A stretch of DNA of 32,000 nt. Origin: an uncultured Chloroflexia bacterium. Lineage in GTDB: Bacteria; Chloroflexota; Anaerolineae; Anaerolineales; Anaerolineaceae. The notes under the pieces are model-generated. The model was not told the DNA's origin. It saw only the letters and a list, made by a program, of their open reading frames with translations, and searched no databases. Positions 1 through 7,414 of this stretch are shown here, one piece after another. Position 1 is the stretch's first letter, and each line of letters begins with the position of its first letter. The DNA is taken from contig OY969938.1 in assembly GCA_963704755.1 (NCBI GenBank), positions 3,720,001-3,752,000 of the forward strand. Reading direction: 5' to 3'. A program made the translations under genes and the position numbers.

Positions 1-405
1 GGCCGGGCGCGGCGATTTGGAAAGCAGGTGGCGCAGGATGGCCGAGGTTATGTAATAGGGAATGTTGGCCACTACCAGGTAGCCCTCTTCACCGATCAGG
101 CCAGCCGGGTCCAGTTCGAGGATGTCACCTTGCACCAGGGTCACATTGTCGCAGCCGGCCAGCACCGATCGCAGCAGGGGCATCAGGTTGGCGTCAATCT
201 CGACCGCCACCACCCGCCGGGCGGCGCGGGCTAGCTCCAGGGTCAGGCCGCCGGCGCCTGGGCCGATTTCCAGGACGGCCGCGGAAGGCTCGACCTCGGC
301 CGCTTCGACCAGTTTGCGCAGAAACACCGGCTCGACCAGGAAGTTCTGGCCCAGGCCCTTGTGCGGGGTCAGGCCGTGTTGGCGCAGCAAGGCGGGCACG
401 TTCAA
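1..405 (-). CDS. rsmA: 16S rRNA (adenine-N6)-dimethyltransferase RsmA/KsgA, N-terminal part; the gene runs off the left edge
   Basis: My own minus-strand translation from TTG at 405 reads LNVPALLRQHGLTPHKGLGQNFLVEPVFLRKLVEAAEVEPSAAVLEIGPGAGGLTLELARAARRVVAVEIDANLMPLL...GYLVVANIPYYITSAILRHLL. The GQNFL, EIGPGxGxLT (SAM-binding) and NIPYYITS motifs are RsmA hallmarks. It is absent from the ORF track because it has no stop inside the window. The start could be TTG 405 or GTG 399. Confidence 0.85.
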   Translation of the reverse strand, partial: MNVPALLRQHGLTPHKGLGQNFLVEPVFLRKLVEAAEVEPSAAVLEIGPGAGGLTLELARAARRVVAVEIDANLMPLLRSVLAGCDNVTLVQGDILELDPAGLIGEEGYLVVANIPYYITSAILRHLLSKSPRPA

Positions 406-417
406 AGAATCAGGAGT

Positions 418-1809
418 TCACGGCAAAATCCAGGGGATGCTCTTGGGAATGGGGGTGAGGAAGTACATGGTCACCGTCTGGCTCCAGGCGACGTAATCGC
501 TGTCGCTGTAGCCCAGGTCGATCCAGTATTTACCTGGGATGCCGCCGCCGATGTCGGCCACCACGGCGATGCCGTAGCCGGGAATATAGACGCGCTGGCC
601 GACCATCCAGGAATACCAGGCGCTCGAGACGGCGATGACGCCGTGCTGCACCGGCAAGCCGCTGGCGGTACCCGAATAGCATTTCGATCCGCCCGACTGG
701 CAGGGTGAGTAAGAGGTGGCATACACGTTGACGGCGCGCCAGTAATCCATCTGGCCGTCGGGTGTATCCACCTTGGCAGTGACCACCTTGGTGCCGTAAC
801 CGACCACCTGGTCCACCGGGTCTTTGGCCACCCATTGGGCCTCGGACGTACGGGAGACTTCCTGTCCGTCTTCGTAGCGCACCCGCACGCGCGAAACCTG
901 CAGGCCATATTCGCCCGCGGTAACGATCGAGCGCTTATCCAGTTCGGTGTTGGCATCCGGCTGGTAGCTGCTTTCGTAGGGAAGGGCTTTTTGCTCCAAC
1001 TCGACTTGCTCGCTCACCCGCACGACCTTGATGTTGCCGTCTGCCGGCAGGGGGGCATCCTCGGCCGGCTGGCTGTAATCCAGGCCCTGCAGCGAAATGC
1101 CCGCTTCCGCCAGGGCAGGGCCGACCGTATCGGCGGAGGTGGCGGTATGGAGCGTCTGCCCGTCCACTTGAATGGCCAGGCTGCGCACGGGTTGGATGGT
1201 CACTTCGACCGGCCCGTTGAGGGGTGACGCCACTGAGGGCGAGACCCGGTCACCGGATTGGAGCTGCAAGCCGGCCTCCCACAAGGCGTCTCCGACCGTC
1301 GCGGCGCTGGAGTAGCGCTCGATGGTCTGGTCGCCGCTATGAATGGTCACCGGTACGGCCTGGCGGAGCTGCAGGAATGCGCCTGAGACATCCTCCAGGG
1401 CTTTCCCTGGGTCGATGGGCTGGCCGTTGAGGGTGAGTTGATCGCCCGGGTAGAGGGCAATGCCGGCCTGGGCCAACCAGTTGGCCGGGATGCGTTCGGC
1501 CGTGACCAGGTTGATCGTTTTCCCGGAAGGCTCGACCTGGATGCGCACGGTTTGGGCCCGCTCCAGGCGGATCAGCGGGGTGGAGAAAATGAATGCACCG
1601 CTGGCCGGCGTCAGCCGGTCGTCGGGATGCAGGACAATGCCGGCCTGGTTCAGCAGGCTGCCCACGGTCAGCGCGCGGGTTTCCAGGGTTTGCAGAGCCC
1701 CGTCCTGGTCGAGGGTTACTTTTTGTTCCAGCCCCAGATAAACCATTAAGCCGCCCAACAGGATCAACACCACTGGGGCGAGATTTAGCAAGAGTTTTTT
1801 AGGGTTCAC
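418..1809 (-). CDS. YabE/RpfB-like cell-wall protein (N-terminal TM helix, DUF348 repeats, G5 domain, C-terminal 3D/RlpA-like domain)
   Basis: 463-aa ORF with a GTG start. It has a TM helix (LNLAPVVLILLGGLMVYL) and repeated DUF348-like units (V.V..DG......T.A.TVG.AL.EAGI.L...D). A G5-like segment follows (VELEQKALPYESSYQPDANTELDKRSIVTAGEYGLQVSRVRVRYEDGQEVSR). The C-terminus looks like a 3D domain (YATSYSPCQSGG...TASGLPVQHGVIAVSS...GQRVYIPGYGIAVVADIGGGI). Its stop lies 12 nt upstream of the rsmA start, matching the yabE...ksgA neighbourhood I recall from Bacillus. Confidence 0.85.
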   Translation of the reverse strand: MNPKKLLLNLAPVVLILLGGLMVYLGLEQKVTLDQDGALQTLETRALTVGSLLNQAGIVLHPDDRLTPASGAFIFSTPLIRLERAQTVRIQVEPSGKTINLVTAERIPANWLAQAGIALYPGDQLTLNGQPIDPGKALEDVSGAFLQLRQAVPVTIHSGDQTIERYSSAATVGDALWEAGLQLQSGDRVSPSVASPLNGPVEVTIQPVRSLAIQVDGQTLHTATSADTVGPALAEAGISLQGLDYSQPAEDAPLPADGNIKVVRVSEQVELEQKALPYESSYQPDANTELDKRSIVTAGEYGLQVSRVRVRYEDGQEVSRTSEAQWVAKDPVDQVVGYGTKVVTAKVDTPDGQMDYWRAVNVYATSYSPCQSGGSKCYSGTASGLPVQHGVIAVSSAWYSWMVGQRVYIPGYGIAVVADIGGGIPGKYWIDLGYSDSDYVAWSQTVTMYFLTPIPKSIPWILP

Positions 1810-1857
1810 ATGCCGATTGTATCAGATAAAGTAACTGCTCAGGCCAGTTCAAAGGGA

Positions 1858-1906
1858 AGGGTGCTGTTGGGTTTCGCACGAAGCACGCGAAACCCAACAG
1901 CACCCT
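1858..1906. repeat. Hairpin palindrome: 20-bp perfect stem, 9-nt loop ACGAAGCAC
   Basis: AGGGTGCTGTTGGGTTTCGC (1858-1877) is the exact reverse complement of GCGAAACCCAACAGCACCCT (1887-1906); checked base by base. It lies between the yabE-like start and the tRNA-Phe 3' end. Confidence 0.9.
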
Positions 1907-1949
1907 GTCTTTCCAGGAAAGCTGAATAGTGACCAGATTAAAACATTGA

Positions 1950-1968
1950 CACCCCAACAAATGGGGTG
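1950..1968 (-). terminator. Candidate terminator hairpin downstream of tRNA-Phe
   Basis: On the minus strand, CACCCC-atttgtt-GGGGTG is followed by TCAATGTTTTAATC. The stem is only 6 bp and the T-run is displaced, so this is weak. Confidence 0.35.
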
Positions 1969-1987
1969 CCGGTTTGGAAGTTATGTG

Positions 1988-2060
1988 TGCCGAGAGCCAG
2001 AATCGGACTGGCGACACCGCAATTTTCAGTCGCGTGCTCTACCAACTGAGCTATCTCGGC
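1988..2060 (-). tRNA. tRNA-Phe (anticodon GAA), no encoded CCA
   Basis: The minus-strand sequence is GCCGAGATAGCTCAGTTGGTAGAGCACGCGACTGAAAATTGCGGTGTCGCCAGTCCGATTCTGGCTCTCGGCA. By hand it folds into a cloverleaf: 7-bp acceptor GCCGAGA/TCTCGGC, D arm GCTC/GAGC, and anticodon stem CGCGA/TTGCG with loop CTGAAAA. It also has variable loop GTGTC, T arm GCCAG/CTGGC and discriminator A. The overall layout resembles E. coli tRNA-Phe. Confidence 0.92.
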
Positions 2061-2078
2061 TTGAGTGTGCTGGGGCTG

Positions 2079-2107
2079 ATTTTAACCGTAAGGGGGTAAG
2101 ATGTCAA
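2079..2107 (-). promoter_or_regulatory. Sigma-70-type promoter for tRNA-Phe
   Basis: The minus strand reads TTGACA (2107-2102), a 17-nt spacer, then TAAAAT (2084-2079). The mature tRNA 5' end lies about 19 nt downstream of the -10. An A/T-rich tract (2111-2127) sits upstream of the -35. Confidence 0.7.
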
Positions 2108-2140
2108 GCAATTTTTGTTTTTATTGGCCTAACTTACCCT

Positions 2141-2169
2141 TTGACAAGCCCTCGAATTTATCCTATGAT
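2141..2169 (+). promoter_or_regulatory. Sigma-70-type promoter, back to back with the tRNA-Phe promoter
   Basis: TTGACA (2141-2146), a 17-nt spacer, then TATGAT (2164-2169). It shares the A/T-rich tract 2111-2127 with the divergent tRNA promoter. Confidence 0.65.
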
Positions 2170-2175
2170 TGTGTT

Positions 2176-2417
2176 ATTCCCGTGGGGTTGAGATTCGCGT
2201 AGGCCAGGCAGCCTACGGGGGGAATCGGTTTGCGGGGGAACGAAAGGATCACAGCCGGCCGACCACCGGTTTAGCATCATTTTGTTCGGGAGAATGTGGT
2301 TGAATGGTTGAGCTGCAGGATAAGTTCGAGCAACAATTGAGCACTCATGATCCGGTCTTCGAAAGCAGCGTCCTGCGCCTGAAGGTCCGGTATCCCTTGA
2401 ATATTTCAATCCATTAT
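2176..2417 (+). ncRNA. Candidate structured RNA or long 5' leader of unknown class
   Basis: This region starts about 7 nt after the consensus promoter and has no convincing ORF. Several helices fold by hand: ATTCCC (2176-2181) with GGGAAT (2220-2225), enclosing CGTAGGC (2198-2204) with GCCTACG (2211-2217). A long imperfect hairpin pairs GATCCGGTCTTC (2349-2360) with GAAGGTCCGGTATC (2381-2394). G-rich motifs ACGGGGGGAATC and GCGGGGGAAC are present. I could not assign a class by eye. Confidence 0.35.
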
Positions 2418-2447
2418 GAAAAAGCGCGCCCTTCGAAAGGGCGCGCT
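2418..2447 (-). terminator. Intrinsic terminator oriented for minus-strand transcripts
   Basis: The 9-bp GC-rich stem is AGCGCGCCC/GGGCGCGCT. On the minus strand it is followed by TTTTTCATAATGG. On the plus strand it is followed by AAACTCAC, with no U-tract. Confidence 0.55.
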
Positions 2448-2493
2448 AAACTCACAAATTCATTCACAGTCCAAATAGAGAGGGGAATATAAC

Positions 2494-2769
2494 ATGCTGC
2501 CCGGTCCCTACAACCTGCCGCCGGTACCACCCTTGCCGTTTTACATTCACCCGGCCGTTTTTTGGGGGTTGGTCTTGCTGGCCGCAATTCTGTTCGCGGT
2601 CGCCCTTTTACGGTTTATATTTTCTAGTTCTTCTGCGCGGGTGAATTCGTTTTTCGCCCTTTTTCTGGTGATCGTTTTTCTGGTGGTGGCTTACCTGGTG
2701 TTCATCAATGGGCCGACGATCTTACAGTTCTTCCACCGGCTGACCCAACAGATGTTCGTCCATCGCTAA
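2494..2769 (+). CDS. Small hypothetical membrane protein (two predicted TM helices)
   Basis: 91-aa ORF with an SD-like GAGAGGGGA 6-8 nt upstream of the ATG. It has two hydrophobic stretches (VFWGLVLLAAILFAVALLRFIF and FFALFLVIVFLVVAYLVFI). I recognise no homology. Its stop overlaps the convergent SWIM gene stop (CTAA). Confidence 0.5.
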   Translation: MLPGPYNLPPVPPLPFYIHPAVFWGLVLLAAILFAVALLRFIFSSSSARVNSFFALFLVIVFLVVAYLVFINGPTILQFFHRLTQQMFVHR

Positions 2770-3659
2770 TCCTCGTCTCCATTGGACGGGCCGGCCGCGT
2801 CGCCGAATGCCATCAACAGGGCAAACTGGCTGATGGCGTCATAGACCTCCTCCAACTGGTTCTTCAGGGTCAGTTCCCGGATGAAGTCGGGTTCGCCCAG
2901 GCGTTGGAGCAGGGGCAGCGGTAAGTTAGGCCCGTGGACCTGTACGGAAAAATCGGCGATCTCCGGGCCGGTCTGCCAGTAGTGGCCGATCTGGTCTTCC
3001 AGCCGGTAGCTTTCTTCGTGCGTATATGGCCGGCGGGCCAACTCTGGTGCGCCTTGGGCAGAGGTACCGGTTCGGCGCTGGCGTAAAGCCATCAGAATTT
3101 GTTCCTGGGTACGCCCGCGCATGCGGAAAAGCAGAAATGGGTCTTCGTCGAACCGCTCGCCCAGGATGTAATGGGTGGCCGCGACGTGTTTGCACGGGTT
3201 AGCCTTGTCCGGGCAAGTACATTCGGTGGTCAGGTCGTAGCTGGACTGGGGAAACAGGCTGACCCCCGCGGCGGCAAAGGCTTCCTCGATGTTGGCCGGC
3301 ATCTCACCTGCCAGCAGTTGGGCTGCAAAAATGGCCTGGTCGGAAAGCACGTCCAGCACCTTATTCCACTGGCGCTGGCTGAGCGGGGTCAGATGCATGG
3401 TTACCTTATACGGGCGTGAGCGTGAGCCTTGTACCAGGGCAGTGATGCCATCTTTGGTTTCCTCGATAGAGAGGACCTGGCCCTCGCGGGCGTAATACTG
3501 GCCACGCATCAGGCGCGGGCCGGAGACGAGCTGTTCCATCGCAGTGATCCAGCGGCGGGCCCACCAGTTGCGGCCAAAATCACCCCGCTCACTGCGGGCG
3601 CGGATACCCCCGGCCGGTTTTCTGGGGTTCATGCCCCACTCATTGCGTGATTCTGCCAT
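2766..3659 (-). CDS. SWIM zinc-finger protein, partner of the upstream SNF2 helicase
   Basis: 297-aa ORF carrying the SWIM CxCxnCxH signature in TECTCPDKANPCKHVAATHY. An AAGGAG SD lies 8 nt upstream of the ATG and overlaps the TAA stop of the SNF2 gene. The intergenic gap is 12 nt. Confidence 0.85.
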   Translation of the reverse strand: MAESRNEWGMNPRKPAGGIRARSERGDFGRNWWARRWITAMEQLVSGPRLMRGQYYAREGQVLSIEETKDGITALVQGSRSRPYKVTMHLTPLSQRQWNKVLDVLSDQAIFAAQLLAGEMPANIEEAFAAAGVSLFPQSSYDLTTECTCPDKANPCKHVAATHYILGERFDEDPFLLFRMRGRTQEQILMALRQRRTGTSAQGAPELARRPYTHEESYRLEDQIGHYWQTGPEIADFSVQVHGPNLPLPLLQRLGEPDFIRELTLKNQLEEVYDAISQFALLMAFGDAAGPSNGDED

Positions 3660-3671
3660 ATTGATTTCTCC

Positions 3672-6600
3672 TTACCTGCGCAGCGCCACCAGGTCCCGCA
3701 GCTCTTCGGTGCTGAGCTCGGTAATCCACTCTTCGCCGCCGCCGATCACCGACTGGACCAGCCCCTTCTTCAATTCGATCATCTCGTCGATCCGTTCTTC
3801 CAGGGTCCCGACGGTGACGAACTTGTGGACCTGGACGTTCTGGGTCTGGCCGATGCGGAAGGCGCGGTCAGTGGCCTGGTCTTCGACGGCCGGGTTCCAC
3901 CAGCGGTCGAAGTGGAAGACGTGGCTGGCTTTGGTCAGGTTTATACCGAGACCGCCGGCTTTGAGCGAAAGGATGAAAATAGGCGGCGCTGTGTCATCTT
4001 CCTGGAAGCGGCGCACCATTTGTTCGCGAGCAGTGATCGGGGTACCGCCGTGCAGGTAATACACCGGGCAGCCCAGCATATCCGGCAGGTAGGTACTGAG
4101 CAAGTGGCCCATCTCGGCGAACTGGGTAAATACCAGCGCTTTGTCGCCGGCGGAGAGTACTTCTTCCAGCATTTCTTCCAGGCGGGATAACTTTCCGCTG
4201 CGGCCATTGGTGTGGTTGCCCAGCGGCGATTTCTCGGCCGGTTCTTTCAGGTACTGGGCCGGGTGGTTGCAGACCTGCTTGAGGCGGGTCAACATGGTCA
4301 GGACCATACCGCGCCGGGCGATTCCATCGCTTTCGGCCACCTGTTTGAGCGAGTTTTGCACCACGGCTTCGTAAAGGGTGGCCTGCTCTTCGCTCAGGTA
4401 GCAGTACTCTTTCATTTCGATCTTTTCAGGCAGGTCCTGGATCACCCGCGGGTCGGTCTTAAGCCGGCGCAGGATGAAGGGGCTGACCATTTGTTTCAGG
4501 CGGGTGGTGGCTTCTTTGTCGCTGAAACGTTCGATCGGGATGCTGAATTCTCGGCGGAATTTTTCCAGGGGGCCCAGGTAGCCGGGGTTGAGGAACTGCA
4601 TGATCGACCACAACTCGCCCAGGCGGTTTTCGACCGGCGTGCCGGTGAGGGCAAAGCGGAAACCGGCTTTGAGCTTGCGGGCAGCCTGGGTCTGTTTGGC
4701 CCCGGGGTTCTTAATATTTTGGGCCTCGTCCAGGATCACGCCGTACCATTGGATGGACTGCATGGTTTCCTGGTCCATCCGCAGCAGCGCGTAGCTGGTC
4801 AAGACAAGGTCACATTCTTTAGTGGCTTTGACGAATTCCTCTTCGCGCAGACGACTGGGTCCCTGGTGAACCAGGGTGGTCAGCGTGGGTGCAAACTTGC
4901 CGGCTTCACGGTCCCAATTGGCTACCACCGAGGTGGGGCAGACCAAGAGCACCGGTCCGGGCAGCTTACCCAGCGATTCTTTTTCGTGTAGCAGAAGTGC
5001 CAGTGCCTGAATTGTCTTGCCCAGCCCCATGTCGTCGGCCAGGCAGGCGCCCATGCCCCAACTGCGGAAGAATGCCAGCCAGGAGTAACCCAGGCGCTGG
5101 TAGGGGCGCAGGGTGCCGTTCAGGCTGGAAGGCTGAGACATTTCGATCAAGCGGTGGTTGTCGGAAAGCTGGTCGAGCCAGTCGGCGACCCAGCCGTCCG
5201 CCTGGACTTCGTCCAGCGGCAGGCCGTGAGCGGATTGGCCTCCCAGGGCCAACTGGGCGGCTTCCAACAGGCCCATATCGCCGGAGTGTTCCTGCTCTTC
5301 CCAGAAACGGGAGGCGGCTTCGACCTGGTCGACATCGAGCTGGACCCACTGTCCGCGCACTTTGACCAGCGGCATCTTCAGCGAGGCCAGTTCCTCGAAT
5401 TCCTGGCGGGTGAGGGTCGTATCGCCCAGGGAAAGTTCCCATTCGAAGTGAACCAGGGTGCCCAGGCCGAGTTTGACGGCGTGTTTCAGGTCGTTTGGCT
5501 GATCGGCACGTGGGGTCAGGCGGATGCGCACACCCAGTCGAGCGCCGCGCTGGTTCCACCAATCGGGCACCAGGATGCCAAACCCGGCCTGCTCGAGCAG
5601 CGGCACGGCTTCGCGCAAGAAAGTGTAAGCCGATTGGGTATCCAGGTCCAGGCCGGTCGGGTGACGGGCCTGCAAACTGGTCAGAATGGGGGAAAACAGC
5701 CGGGCGGCATATCCCAGCCCGGCCAGGAGGGTATCCTGGGGCTGGATTAAACGGTTGTGAATGGCTAATAGCTCTTGCTTGGAGCGGAACCAGACCTCTT
5801 CGGCAGAAATGAGCAGGGTGGGATCACTGCGGGACTGTAACAGGTACTGCAATTCCCAGCGGCTGCCGTTGCCATTCTTTTCGTTGGGGTCCGGGGCGAT
5901 CAGGCGGAAAGCGATGCGGAAATTCTCGTCGCCCGCGGCGTGCAGGTTGCGCAGCCAGGCGCGCAGGCTGCTGTTGAGCGCCTGAAGCTGGCCGTTGGAG
6001 GCATTCACCCGGGCATCCGGGGTAAATAAAGCTGCCAGCCAGAAATCCAGGGTGTTATTCTTTTCAGGCAGCAGCAGGGGGGCCTTGCTGCGTCCCCAGG
6101 CGCGGGCCAGCAAATCGACCGTGCCTTTCAGGAAAGTATCCAGCAGCGAATGGGCAGTATGGCGCGATTGCTGGATGGTTTTGCCGACGTTGGTCTGGGT
6201 GCCCACTTCGGAGCGGCAAATGGCCGGCATGCTGCGTTCCAGCAAGGCCAGCCGGGGGCCATCCTGAGGCCCGTCCAGGACGGGCAGCCAACGGGCATAA
6301 TAGGTGTCGAGCTGGCCATCCGCCTGGGCCTGTACCATGGTGGGCAGCATCTTTTGTTCGGCCAGCACTTCCAGCACCAGGCCGCACACCAGTTGCCAGT
6401 AATGCGCGTCGGTGCCAAGGACGAAGCCGCTGGTCTTGCTTTCATTGGGCAGGTTGGCCAGGACCCCGTAAGCCTTGCCGGCCGGCAGCCATAATCCCCG
6501 CACCAACCAGGGAGCTAACCCGGGCGAGGAAAACTGGTCCAGTTCCCACTCCGGGTTCAACTCGGGGGAGGGCAGGGGAGAATTGCGTGTCGATGGCAGG

Positions 6601-6833
6601 CGCAGGCGGACAGCGCCAATCTGGGCGTCGTCTAGCGGTGTGCCGGCTCCGATTTGCAGCCGGATTGTATCCGGCTCCAGGCAATACGGATGGTCGCGAA
6701 GTTGTGTCTTTTTAGCTGCCATACCACGCCCACGTGGTTCCGGTTTACTTTCAGGACTTTCGGCCCAAAAAAGTATTCCGCCAGAATCCGACGTGCGCCG
6801 TGGCGGTTGCCAATGCGCATGCAATACCCACAT
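3672..6833 (-). CDS. SNF2/RAD54-family DEAD-like helicase with N-terminal SNF2-associated region
   Basis: 1053-aa ORF. Helicase motifs are present: I (LADDMGLGKT), II (DEAQNIKN), III (LTGTPVEN) and VI (QATDRAFRIGQ). The long N-terminal region includes an SNF2_assoc-like segment (LVHFEWELSLGDTTLTRQEFEELASLKMPLVKVRGQWVQLD). Confidence 0.9.
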   Translation of the reverse strand: MWVLHAHWQPPRRTSDSGGILFWAESPESKPEPRGRGMAAKKTQLRDHPYCLEPDTIRLQIGAGTPLDDAQIGAVRLRLPSTRNSPLPSPELNPEWELDQFSSPGLAPWLVRGLWLPAGKAYGVLANLPNESKTSGFVLGTDAHYWQLVCGLVLEVLAEQKMLPTMVQAQADGQLDTYYARWLPVLDGPQDGPRLALLERSMPAICRSEVGTQTNVGKTIQQSRHTAHSLLDTFLKGTVDLLARAWGRSKAPLLLPEKNNTLDFWLAALFTPDARVNASNGQLQALNSSLRAWLRNLHAAGDENFRIAFRLIAPDPNEKNGNGSRWELQYLLQSRSDPTLLISAEEVWFRSKQELLAIHNRLIQPQDTLLAGLGYAARLFSPILTSLQARHPTGLDLDTQSAYTFLREAVPLLEQAGFGILVPDWWNQRGARLGVRIRLTPRADQPNDLKHAVKLGLGTLVHFEWELSLGDTTLTRQEFEELASLKMPLVKVRGQWVQLDVDQVEAASRFWEEQEHSGDMGLLEAAQLALGGQSAHGLPLDEVQADGWVADWLDQLSDNHRLIEMSQPSSLNGTLRPYQRLGYSWLAFFRSWGMGACLADDMGLGKTIQALALLLHEKESLGKLPGPVLLVCPTSVVANWDREAGKFAPTLTTLVHQGPSRLREEEFVKATKECDLVLTSYALLRMDQETMQSIQWYGVILDEAQNIKNPGAKQTQAARKLKAGFRFALTGTPVENRLGELWSIMQFLNPGYLGPLEKFRREFSIPIERFSDKEATTRLKQMVSPFILRRLKTDPRVIQDLPEKIEMKEYCYLSEEQATLYEAVVQNSLKQVAESDGIARRGMVLTMLTRLKQVCNHPAQYLKEPAEKSPLGNHTNGRSGKLSRLEEMLEEVLSAGDKALVFTQFAEMGHLLSTYLPDMLGCPVYYLHGGTPITAREQMVRRFQEDDTAPPIFILSLKAGGLGINLTKASHVFHFDRWWNPAVEDQATDRAFRIGQTQNVQVHKFVTVGTLEERIDEMIELKKGLVQSVIGGGEEWITELSTEELRDLVALRR

Positions 6834-7163
6834 AGATTTAAATATGTTACCTGTTCAAATTGAATTCTTTAATGTTGCGTTATTAAGCAAAGCACCCATT
6901 CGGGGTGGGGATTCTTCTAAATGGATCGGTCGATAGGGTCATGCCCCCGCTGGAATAGATTACTCGAACCTGATACGCAATGTTCAGGCAAATGGTAATC
7001 AAATCATTGGAGTGCCAACCCGAACAAAGCAGTGCATACAACTGCGTATTTTCACAAGTGTGTTATGGCCCGTCCCCCTGGATGCACCTGAATGAACGAT
7101 CAGCAATTTCACCGGGCAAAGGATATACCGTTATTATATCCCATGTTTGCAAAACGCAAGGTT

Positions 7164-7197
7164 ATTTTGGAAAGGCAGAAAAATTCCTTTCCAAAAT
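7164..7197. repeat. Hairpin: 12-bp perfect stem, 10-nt loop
   Basis: ATTTTGGAAAGG (7164-7175) pairs with CCTTTCCAAAAT (7186-7197). Confidence 0.8.
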
Positions 7198-7265
7198 GAA
7201 ATTTTTTAACGGTGAACAGGTACGGATGGACGGCTTTTTCAGTTCTGGAGAGTTTGGAAATTGAA

Positions 7266-7316
7266 GGGTGTTTATGGTTTTTCGTGTGCGAAGCACACGA
7301 AAAACCATAAACACCC
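7266..7316. repeat. Hairpin palindrome: 24-bp perfect stem, GAA triloop, apex GCGAAGC
   Basis: GGGTGTTTATGGTTTTTCGTGTGC, then GAA, then GCACACGAAAAACCATAAACACCC. The arms are exact reverse complements; checked base by base. Confidence 0.95.
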
Positions 7317-7381
7317 CCTCAATTGTGCGCTAGATGAGCAGAACCAAAAAAGCTTTAATTGCCAGCTCGCATGCCGGATAA

Positions 7382-7414
7382 TAAAAAGAGGCCTCCCGTA
7401 AAAGGGAGGCCTCT
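7382..7414 (-). terminator. clpC intrinsic terminator
   Basis: On the minus strand, AGAGGCCTCCC-ttttac-GGGAGGCCTCT is followed by TTTTTAT. It begins about 18 nt after the clpC stop. Confidence 0.8.

Noticed and set aside
2072-2110. GGGGCTGATTTTAACCG... matches the first ~10 nt of the tmRNA 5' end (GGGGCUGAUU)
   Set aside because: No tRNA-like 3' domain (T arm plus complementary acceptor strand CAGCCCC-ACCA) exists downstream. The segment also coincides with the -10 region and TSS of the minus-strand tRNA-Phe promoter.
2176-2417. Possible SRP RNA, 6S RNA, RNase P RNA, or a TPP, glycine, ZTP or guanidine riboswitch
   Set aside because: I compared the region by eye with the conserved cores I remember. 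These were SRP GGAA-tetraloop/AGCAGC helix 8, RNase P GAGGAAAGUCC, TPP CUGAGA...ACCUGA, and ZTP CCGCCUGGGC. None is present in the right arrangement. The 5' and 3' ends do not pair as in 6S RNA. A weak ydaO-like resemblance is kept only as an untested idea in the findings.
2304-2492. 62-aa + strand ORF with a GGGAGA SD-like sequence, ending 1 nt before the 91-aa ORF
   Set aside because: Its C-terminal third is translated straight through the GC-rich terminator palindrome (KARPSKGRAK). The composition is non-coding-like and I recognise no motif.
4212-4991. Long antisense or shadow ORFs inside confident genes: 4212-4991, 5154-5750, 7498-8328, 8443-8979, 12265-12990, 13281-13802, 19977-20714, 23213-23896, 24896-25777, 26428-27432 and 31246-31965
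   Set aside because: These are typical high-GC shadow frames opposite or overlapping genes with strong motif evidence. Their translations are Arg/Gly/Ala/Pro-rich with no motifs.
2766-6833. SNF2 plus SWIM as part of a known defence system (DISARM, BREX-like, etc.)
   Set aside because: No methyltransferase, PLD or DUF1998-type partner, nuclease or other defence gene is adjacent. The flanks are housekeeping genes and a tRNA. I kept it only as an uncharacterised conserved pair.
6980-7264. 94-aa + strand ORF in the A/T-rich gap
   Set aside because: It has no SD and no recognisable motif, it contains a 12-bp hairpin, and its composition differs from all confident genes. I keep it only as a low-interest note.
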